NCBI RefSeq assembly: GCF_000008465.1
Contig: NC_006512.1
Span: 1,560,001 to 1,592,000, forward strand
DNA length: 32,000 bases
Source: Idiomarina loihiensis L2TR
Lineage (GTDB): Bacteria > Pseudomonadota > Gammaproteobacteria > Enterobacterales > Alteromonadaceae
Direction: 5' to 3'
Both the position numbers and the translations under genes were made by a program. The first letter of the stretch is position 1. Every line of letters begins with the position of its first letter. Below the pieces are notes generated by a model. The model made no database searches. It was not told the origin of the DNA and saw only the letters and a list, made by a program, of their open reading frames with translations. This document shows, one piece after another, positions 25,697-32,000 of this stretch.

Positions 25697-26734
25697 ATGG
25701 CACTGCGCTGGCTCATTTACGGTGCATACGGTTATTCAGGCAAACTTATTGCCCATCAGGCTAAAAAACGCGGTTACCAACCTATTTTAGCCGGCCGTAA
25801 CGAAAACGCCCTTGAGCCAGTAGCACGTCACTTAGACTTTCAATACAAGGTCTTCTCGCTCGACAGTATTGATGAAGTTCAAAAGCAGTTAGAAGACGTA
25901 GACTTAGTCGTTAATTGCGCAGGCCCATTCAGCCAGACCGCAATTCCCCTTATTCAAGCCTGTATTGATACCAAAACCCACTATTTAGACATTACCGGCG
26001 AGATAGACGTATTTGAATACGCTCACTCTATGCACAAAACCGCGCGTGAAGCCGGTATTGTTTTATGCCCGGGCGTTGGGTTCGATGTTATTCCAACCGA
26101 TTGTATTGCCGCGCGACTCAATGCGCAGATGCCGGAAGCTACACACTTGGCCTTAGGCTTTGATTCAGGTTCACGCATGAGTCGTGGCACTGCCAGAACC
26201 AGCATAGAACGTTTAGGTCGTGGTGGCGCCGCTCGTATTAAAGGACAAATTACCGATGTCCCTCACGCATGGCATTCTCGCTGGATAGATTTTGGTAATG
26301 GCGAAAAATATGCCATGACCATTCCCTGGGGCGATGTCTCTACCGCCTACTACACCACGGAAATACCCAATATTGAAGTGTACATACCGGCCAGCCCACG
26401 CTTAGTGAAGAAAATGCGCCGGATGAACTGGTTCCGTTGGGTATTTAAGTGGAAATGGGTTCAGGCTAAACTGAAGAAAAAGCTCGAATCACAGCCTGCT
26501 GGCCCTGAAGAAAAAGAACGGAAGAATAACCCCACTTACGTTTGGGGTGAAATCAGCGATGCCAAAGGCAATAAGAAAAGTATGCGGGTTAAAGTGAAAA
26601 ACGGCTATTCGCTAACTGCCGAAGGAGCTGTTGAGATAGCCATTCATACCTTAAGCCAGAAGCAGTCAGGGGGCTTTTACCCCCCCTCACGTTTATACGG
26701 CGCTAAGCTACTGGACCAGTTTAAGATCCAGTAG
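25697..26734 (+). CDS. Saccharopine-dehydrogenase-like NAD(P)-binding (Rossmann) protein, 345 aa
   Basis: The N-terminal motif is [17 protein letters not shown]...ILAGRN. The start is 4 nt after the fur stop. The track's longer form overlaps fur and was rejected. Confidence 0.7.
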   Translation: MALRWLIYGAYGYSGKLIAHQAKKRGYQPILAGRNENALEPVARHLDFQYKVFSLDSIDEVQKQLEDVDLVVNCAGPFSQTAIPLIQACIDTKTHYLDITGEIDVFEYAHSMHKTAREAGIVLCPGVGFDVIPTDCIAARLNAQMPEATHLALGFDSGSRMSRGTARTSIERLGRGGAARIKGQITDVPHAWHSRWIDFGNGEKYAMTIPWGDVSTAYYTTEIPNIEVYIPASPRLVKKMRRMNWFRWVFKWKWVQAKLKKKLESQPAGPEEKERKNNPTYVWGEISDAKGNKKSMRVKVKNGYSLTAEGAVEIAIHTLSQKQSGGFYPPSRLYGAKLLDQFKIQ

Positions 26735-28406
26735 TTTGTTCCTGTTCTATTTTCGCCCAGCTGTCACGTAAACCAACGGTCTGGTTGAATATTAAACGGC
26801 CTTCAGTCTCAGCATCCTGATCCAGACAATAGTAGCCCAGACGTTCAAACTGGAAGTTCTCGCCCAGTTTCGCACTCGCTAAGTTAGCTTCCACAAAGCC
26901 TTTCTTAATAACCAAAGACTCCGGATTCAGGGTTGAGAACAAGTCTTCCTCGGCTGCCGGGTTAGGCACCTGGAATAAGCGATCATACACACGGAATTCT
27001 GCTGCTTTTGCAGTTTCTGCAGACACCCAGTGAATAACGCCCTTCACCTTACGACCGTCTGCCGGGTCTTTACCCAGAGTGTCAGCGTCGTAATGACAGT
27101 AAATAGTCTGGATCTCGCCGTTATCGTCGGTTTCTATCCGGTCTGCACGAATAACATAGGCATTACGCAAACGCACTTCTTTATCCAGCACCAGACGCTT
27201 GAACTTCTTATTAGCCGACTCACGGAAGTCTTCCCGTTCAATCCAGATTTCACGACTAAAAGTCACCTGACGCGAGCCCATTTCCGGGTCATTCGGGTGG
27301 TTTGGCGCATCCAGCAGTTCCTGTTCGCCTTCAGGGTAGTTTTCAATAACAATTTTAACCGGATCCATCACCGCCATAGCGCGTGGTGCATTGACGTTCA
27401 GGTCATCACGAATGCAGGCTTCCAGCATGCTCATTTCTACCTGGTTATCCATTTTGGTCACACCAATACGGCGGCAGAACTCACGAACTGAATCTGGTGT
27501 ATAACCACGGCGACGCAAACCAGCAATGCTGGCAATACGCGGGTCATCCCAGCCGCTTACTTTATTCTCATCTACCAACGTATTAATAATGCGTTTACTC
27601 ATTACCGTGTATTGCAGATTCAGGCGCGAGAATTCAATTTGCTGTGGATGGCAGTCAATGCTGATGTTATCCAGCACCCAGTCATACAAACGACGGTTAT
27701 CCTGGAACTCCAGCGTACACAATGAATGTGTAATGCCTTCCAGCGCATCCGAAATGCAGTGGGTGAAGTCGTACATTGGGTAAACGCACCATTTATCACC
27801 AGTCTGGTGATGGTGTACAAAACGCACACGGTAAATTACCGGATCGCGCATACACATAAACGGCGAGCTCATATCAATTTTTGCCCGTAATGCGGCGGTG
27901 CCTTCTTCGTGCTTACCTGCTGTCATGTCAGCAAAGTGCTTTAAGTTCTCTTCCACAGAAGTATCACGGTAAGGGCTGTTTACGCCCGGCTCTTTCAGAG
28001 TACCGCGCATTTCGCGCATTTTATCCTGCGAACTGAAATCAACGTAGGCCAGGCCTTTTTCAATCAGCTCAACCGCAAACCCGTGTAGCTGATCAAAGTA
28101 ATTAGAGGAATAACGCGGCTCGCCTTCCCAGTGATACCCCAGCCATTCCACGTCTTTTTTAATGGAGTTCACATAGTCCACTTTTTCTTTCAGTGGGTTG
28201 GTATCATCAAAACGCAGGTTACAGGTGCCGTTGTAGTCTTCGGCAATACCGAAGTTCAGCACTATCGATTTGGCATGGCCAATATGCAGGTAACCATTCG
28301 GCTCCGGAGGAAAACGGGTGTGTACAGTTGCGTGCTTACCACTGGCCAAATCTTTATCAATGATTTGACGAATAAAATTACTGGGACGAGAGTCAGTATC
28401 TGCCAT
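26721..28406 (-). CDS. glnS: Glutamine--tRNA ligase
   Basis: It has the HIGH motif ([12 protein letters not shown]) and a KMSKS variant (VMSKR). It is 561 aa, with full-length class I GlnRS similarity. Confidence 0.95.
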   Translation of the reverse strand: MADTDSRPSNFIRQIIDKDLASGKHATVHTRFPPEPNGYLHIGHAKSIVLNFGIAEDYNGTCNLRFDDTNPLKEKVDYVNSIKKDVEWLGYHWEGEPRYSSNYFDQLHGFAVELIEKGLAYVDFSSQDKMREMRGTLKEPGVNSPYRDTSVEENLKHFADMTAGKHEEGTAALRAKIDMSSPFMCMRDPVIYRVRFVHHHQTGDKWCVYPMYDFTHCISDALEGITHSLCTLEFQDNRRLYDWVLDNISIDCHPQQIEFSRLNLQYTVMSKRIINTLVDENKVSGWDDPRIASIAGLRRRGYTPDSVREFCRRIGVTKMDNQVEMSMLEACIRDDLNVNAPRAMAVMDPVKIVIENYPEGEQELLDAPNHPNDPEMGSRQVTFSREIWIEREDFRESANKKFKRLVLDKEVRLRNAYVIRADRIETDDNGEIQTIYCHYDADTLGKDPADGRKVKGVIHWVSAETAKAAEFRVYDRLFQVPNPAAEEDLFSTLNPESLVIKKGFVEANLASAKLGENFQFERLGYYCLDQDAETEGRLIFNQTVGLRDSWAKIEQEQTTGS

Positions 28407-28454
28407 GAACCTTTTGTCTCCGCTACAAAATCAACACCGGATAATATGAAGCGG

Positions 28455-29408
28455 CTATGATCGCAGGTTATCGTCAGCCTGACAAGCTAAGCGAACATTA
28501 AAAAACTGATAAAAACGGCGCAATTGCTGCTGTGCAACTTTACCCTCAATGCGGGTAAAACGAACGGTCTGCCCCGGCTGGCATTGTGCCAGCCGACCTA
28601 AATCGAACGGGTTAATGGTGCCCAGTTTCGGGTAGCCGCCTAAGGTCTGGCGATCGTTCATCATAATAATAGGCTGGCCATTTGCAGGCACCTGTACAGA
28701 CCCCACATTCACGCCTTCAGACACCAAACCCTCACCGTTATATTCCAACGCTTTACCGGACAAGCGAATGCCCATGCGGTCGCTGTCTTTAGTCACTTCG
28801 TAATCTTCGTAGCAGAAAGCTTCTCTTGCAGACATGGGAAAGGCGTCGTACTGAAAGCCCGGTATTAAGCCAATAACCGGAGTTTTCTGATAGTCGGATC
28901 TGTAGGCCCAGCCCACGCGCCGCGATACCTGATAATTCTGCTCATTAAAACTCAGTTCGTCACCCGCTTTTAAAAACGAGCCATCACCGTGCAGGCCGCC
29001 GACTGAGTCGCGAGTAACGGTTGCACAACTGCCCCACTTAGGTTCCACCTGAAAACCACCCTGCACCGCTAAATAGGCTCTGACACCAGCACTGGCGTAC
29101 CCCATTTTCAGGCGTTGACCCGCGCGCACTTTAAAGTTTTGCCAGGTATTTAACACCTCGTCGTCCAGCGTCAATTGAACGTCAGCACCGGTCACAGCAC
29201 ACTGGCAGTCTCGGTCAAATTCTACCTCAAAGCCACCCAGGGTAATTTCTATTTGAGCGGCATTAAAATGGTTACTCAGCAACCGATTAGCCCATAAAAA
29301 CGCGTGTTCATCCATAGGGCCACCACGGGTCAGGCCTTTCGACAAATACCCAAAGCGCCCAAAATCCTGAACGGCTGAGCGCATACCCGGCTCAATAATA
29401 CGCATCAT
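28455..29408 (-). CDS. pxpC: 5-oxoprolinase subunit C (KipA / allophanate hydrolase subunit 2 family)
   Basis: The 317-aa protein has MMRIIEPG..SAVQD.GR. .. GGYPK. There is an ATGA overlap with pxpB. Confidence 0.88.
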   Translation of the reverse strand: MMRIIEPGMRSAVQDFGRFGYLSKGLTRGGPMDEHAFLWANRLLSNHFNAAQIEITLGGFEVEFDRDCQCAVTGADVQLTLDDEVLNTWQNFKVRAGQRLKMGYASAGVRAYLAVQGGFQVEPKWGSCATVTRDSVGGLHGDGSFLKAGDELSFNEQNYQVSRRVGWAYRSDYQKTPVIGLIPGFQYDAFPMSAREAFCYEDYEVTKDSDRMGIRLSGKALEYNGEGLVSEGVNVGSVQVPANGQPIIMMNDRQTLGGYPKLGTINPFDLGRLAQCQPGQTVRFTRIEGKVAQQQLRRFYQFFNVRLACQADDNLRS

Positions 29409-30118
29409 GACAAGGCCTCCGTGTCGCCGCCTTCTTCAATAAACTGCTCTTTACTTACCGCGTAAAACTCGACTTCATCACCTACGTTCAGCGGGCTGAT
29501 AGTCCCCGATGACGGATCATATAGCTGGGTGGAAGTACGGCCAATAATATTCCAGCCTCCGGGCGATGCTGACGGATAAACCGCGGTCTGATTTTCAGCA
29601 ACGGCAACACTGCCTGCGGTAATGCGTTTTCTGGGGTTATCTAAACGAGGCGTTCTGATCTTCTCACTTACTTCACCTAAATAAGCAAAGCCCGGCGCAA
29701 AACCCATGGCGTGCACGCGGTACGTTTGCTCGGTGTGTGTTTTTATTACATCATCCACAGAGCAGTTGTTCATGTCAGCAATGCGGGCAAGGTCAGGCCC
29801 GACACTTTCATCATAAAGAACCGGAATGCGATGCAGCTTGCCACTCAGCTCGTTAGTATCAGAGCTGAGGTCAGCTAAAGCTTTACGCAAGCGTTCACGT
29901 ATTTCGGGCTCGTCAATGCTCAGCACGTTGTAGTAAACCATTAAGGAGTTATAGGACGGCACTAAATCCAGCACAACATCAGACAGTTGCTCCTTTACTG
30001 CCTTAACCGCAGCCAGAACACGCTGGTTAACTGACACGCTAATGCCCTCGCCTAAATAGACTATAACGGCATCGGCGCCGGCTGAAACGAATTTTGGAAA
30101 ATCAGACTCTTCTTTCAT
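29405..30118 (-). CDS. pxpB: 5-oxoprolinase subunit B (KipI family)
   Basis: It is 237 aa and has the MGFAPGFAYLG and YPSASPGGWNIIGRT motifs typical of KipI/PxpB. Confidence 0.88.
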   Translation of the reverse strand: MKEESDFPKFVSAGADAVIVYLGEGISVSVNQRVLAAVKAVKEQLSDVVLDLVPSYNSLMVYYNVLSIDEPEIRERLRKALADLSSDTNELSGKLHRIPVLYDESVGPDLARIADMNNCSVDDVIKTHTEQTYRVHAMGFAPGFAYLGEVSEKIRTPRLDNPRKRITAGSVAVAENQTAVYPSASPGGWNIIGRTSTQLYDPSSGTISPLNVGDEVEFYAVSKEQFIEEGGDTEALS

Positions 30119-30143
30119 AACTGAACTTTAGTCATTCCTGAGT

Positions 30144-30920
30144 TTATTCGTTAGCTTGCCGGACAATACTCCGCAGCTTCTCTACGGTTTCTATCGCTTT
30201 GGGGTTATCCCCGTGAACACAAAGAGAATCAATTTCAATTTGTAGCGATTTGCCCGACACGCTCTCAATAGCGCGACCTGTCGCGAAAGCCTCTGCCTGA
30301 GCATACATAGCTTCAACATCACCGTGCACAGCGTCGGGGTTGCTCCGCGAGCGCAACTGACCATTATCGTCATAAGCGCGGTCGGCAAAACCTTCAAACC
30401 ATAATTCAACACCAAATTGCTGCGCGCGGTGGCGCCAGGCGTCATTTTCGGGAGTTGCCATAACCATCAAGGGCAAGGGTTCATGTCTGTCGTCCTGCAA
30501 AGCGGCAATGGCCTGACAAACAGCATCGAATTGCTGACCGTCGCTTAACATGTCGTTATAAAGTGCGCCGTGTGGCTTCACATATTTCACTTCGGTTTTC
30601 TGGCCGGAACAAATGCCCTGTAACGCCCCCACCTGATATTGAATTAAAGCGGTGACTTCATCAGGTTTTAATGCCATATGACGTCGGCCGAAACCAACGA
30701 GATCGGGGTACGCAGGATGCGCGCCTATTGTCACGTCATGATGTTTGGCTAACTTGACTGTTTTCAGCATAGTTAACGGGTCTGACGCATGAAAACCACA
30801 AGCTACATTAGCGCAGTCGATGTGCGGCATAATTAAGTCATCGGCGCCCATTTTCCAGGCACCGAAACTTTCACCAATATCGCTGTTTAATGTAATTCTC
30901 TGGCTACTTTTACGACTCAT
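30144..30920 (-). CDS. pxpA: 5-oxoprolinase subunit A (LamB/YcsF family)
   Basis: LNSDIGESFG, ANVACGFHASDP, GAHPAYPD, VKPHGALYN and CVHGD are colinear with E. coli YbgL/PxpA. Confidence 0.9.
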   Translation of the reverse strand: MSRKSSQRITLNSDIGESFGAWKMGADDLIMPHIDCANVACGFHASDPLTMLKTVKLAKHHDVTIGAHPAYPDLVGFGRRHMALKPDEVTALIQYQVGALQGICSGQKTEVKYVKPHGALYNDMLSDGQQFDAVCQAIAALQDDRHEPLPLMVMATPENDAWRHRAQQFGVELWFEGFADRAYDDNGQLRSRSNPDAVHGDVEAMYAQAEAFATGRAIESVSGKSLQIEIDSLCVHGDNPKAIETVEKLRSIVRQANE

Positions 30921-31321
30921 TCCTCACCTTTTTCCGATTTTCTGGCTTCAATGTCTCCCATTAGCTTAACCAGACCCACGGCAAATAAATACAGACCAAC
31001 ACCTACGGCGGCGAGTTGTAACGGCGGCAAGCAAAGCACCACCAGTTGATGTTTCACAAATACCGCTGCTGCACCAGTGAGGCCCATAGTCGTTATTGCG
31101 CTGGCAACTAAGGTAACAGGTGCCATCCAGGACAGCAGCCAGCGAAATTTTAACAGCGCGCAAAGCCCGCCAATAACTAAGCCCCAGGCAACAGGAACAC
31201 CCAGTTTGTACCAACTCAGATTAAAGTTCGCAATTAGCGTAATCAGCTCTTCCTGCTCTGCGGTATAAAAGAACAGACCCACCGCGCCGGCCAAAATAAC
31301 AATTCGTTTTGCTATATTCAT
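30917..31321 (-). CDS. Uncharacterised 4-TM membrane protein (134 aa), translationally coupled to pxpA
   Basis: It has four hydrophobic helices and a charged tail, GDIEARKSEKGEE. The stop TGA overlaps the pxpA ATG (ATGA). An AGGA RBS lies upstream. Confidence 0.6.
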   Translation of the reverse strand: MNIAKRIVILAGAVGLFFYTAEQEELITLIANFNLSWYKLGVPVAWGLVIGGLCALLKFRWLLSWMAPVTLVASAITTMGLTGAAAVFVKHQLVVLCLPPLQLAAVGVGLYLFAVGLVKLMGDIEARKSEKGEE

Positions 31322-31348
31322 TAATTTAATTCCTAACTGAGTCTCTGC

Positions 31349-31609
31349 TTACATAAACAGACTAATCACAAAAAGAATGACCGCAATAATCGGTATCCAG
31401 AGAATGGGAGACTGATACCATTTCAAAATGGGTTTGTCCGTGCGGTTAAGCGACTTTAAAGTCGGCTGCTTATACAGCCAGATAATACCAATTAACATAA
31501 GAACCGCGCCGGTTAACCTAACAGGAGTATCGTTGTCACTGACCACACCCAGAACGGCCAGAAGCAAGCCCACAATAAGAATCAGTAATGCCAAAACACG
31601 TTGCCACAT
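31349..31609 (-). CDS. Uncharacterised 3-TM small membrane protein (86 aa), first gene of the pxp cluster
   Basis: The hydrophobic helices are VLALLILIVGLLLAVLGVV, AVLMLIGIIWLY and ILWIPIIAVILFVISLF. It lies 27 nt upstream of the next gene on the same strand. Confidence 0.5.
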   Translation of the reverse strand: MWQRVLALLILIVGLLLAVLGVVSDNDTPVRLTGAVLMLIGIIWLYKQPTLKSLNRTDKPILKWYQSPILWIPIIAVILFVISLFM

Positions 31610-31685
31610 ACTTCCCCCAAATCATTGTTCTTATAATTATTGTCTTTATACTAAGAACTTATACTGTATCAGGTTCTGGAGCCAT

Positions 31686-32000
31686 ATGTTAAAGCAAATT
31701 CTTATCTGGTTAGGCGCTTCGGCCGTCACACTTCTTGTTATTTTTGTCAGCGTTGTTGTGTACCAGTACACCGCCATGGAGCCGGAGTTACCGCATGAAG
31801 ATGAATGCGACATACGTCAACTGGAAACCAGTGAAGACGGCGCGCTGGAGGTTCATAGTTACTGGTGCGAACGGGGTGAAAAACAAAGTTGGCAGGGCCA
31901 CGAAATTTGGCTGCACGAACCACAACCGGATAAATGGCAGCGCATTATGACCACAGAACACGACGGCTGCATTAAACTGGAACTGGCTGATCAGCGACTG
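31686..32000 (+). CDS. Hypothetical N-terminally membrane-anchored protein (first 105 codons; runs off the window end)
   Basis: Hand translation from ATG 31686 gives MLKQILIWLGASAVTLLVIFVSVVVYQYTAMEPELPHEDECDIRQLETSEDGALEVHSYWCERGEKQSWQGHEIWLHEPQPDKWQRIMTTEHDGCIKLELADQRL, open to the window end. A TGGAG RBS lies 5 nt upstream. It is not in the ORF track. The overlapping track ORF 31735-31950 is in another frame and looks spurious. Confidence 0.5.
   Translation, partial: MLKQILIWLGASAVTLLVIFVSVVVYQYTAMEPELPHEDECDIRQLETSEDGALEVHSYWCERGEKQSWQGHEIWLHEPQPDKWQRIMTTEHDGCIKLELADQRL

Noticed and set aside
27030-27491. ORFs antisense to or nested within strong genes (e.g. 316-516, 952-1245, 1106-1309, 1310-1567, 2792-3091, 3043-3318, 4519-4758, 9489-9908, 17120-17383, 18513-18839, 21668-21916, 22253-22561, 23021-23460, 24797-25099, 24814-25080, 27030-27491, 27526-27829, 28131-28460, 30191-30445, 30966-31268)
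   Set aside because: These are shadow frames of well-supported genes. They have low-complexity or Ser/Arg/Cys-rich composition and no RBS or motif support.
31627-31665. A 7-bp inverted repeat gttctta/taagaac (31627-31633 / 31652-31658) and two TATACT hexamers (31647-31652, 31660-31665) in the pxp-cluster divergent spacer
   Set aside because: These are most simply -10 elements and a minor operator of two divergent promoters. The arms are too short to assign significance without comparative data.
1-32000. Search for rRNA, tRNA, CRISPR arrays, IS elements, integrases, attachment-site-like direct repeats and long tandem repeats
   Set aside because: None were seen. The largest non-coding gaps are about 100-200 bp divergent promoter regions with no cloverleaf-like or repeat-spacer structure.

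Overview
This is a dense (about 90% coding) core-chromosome segment of a gammaproteobacterium. I call 40 protein-coding genes. I found no rRNA, tRNA, CRISPR, transposase, integrase or phage genes, and no obvious compositional island. Gene order reproduces two E. coli neighbourhoods joined together. The first is yffB-dapE-(M15 peptidase)-ypfN / purC-bamC-dapA / bcp / perM-bepA-arsC...hda. The second is pgm-seqA / ybfF-fldA-fur / glnS / pxpABC. The DUF2066-hda and arsC-wrbA-DUF2069 arrangements match what I remember from Pseudomonas, Vibrio and Alteromonas-type genomes, so a marine gamma lineage is plausible, but I cannot fix it by eye. The left end holds less-conserved genes: a cytoplasmic PAS/PAS hybrid histidine kinase followed by a MoxR AAA+ / VWA pair, a Sel1-repeat protein, and a small-membrane-protein plus patatin-like lipase operon. 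I do not see a convincing self-contained novel defence or mobile system here. The unusual signals are mostly non-coding or subtle: (i) five DnaA-box-like 9-mers within about 1 kb, spanning the promoter and first gene of the operon that ends in hda; (ii) a perfect head-to-head DnaA-box-like palindrome in the yfbV / EIIA-like intergenic region; (iii) an EIIA(Glc)-fold protein that has lost both catalytic histidines; (iv) two uncharacterised small membrane proteins, the promoter-distal one translationally coupled to the 5-oxoprolinase genes pxpABC; (v) an unlisted 54-aa YpfN-like ORF overlapping its neighbours at both ends; (vi) many convergent gene pairs whose 3' ends abut or overlap. All protein identifications rest on my reading of motifs, remembered homologue sequences and synteny. 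No database search was run.
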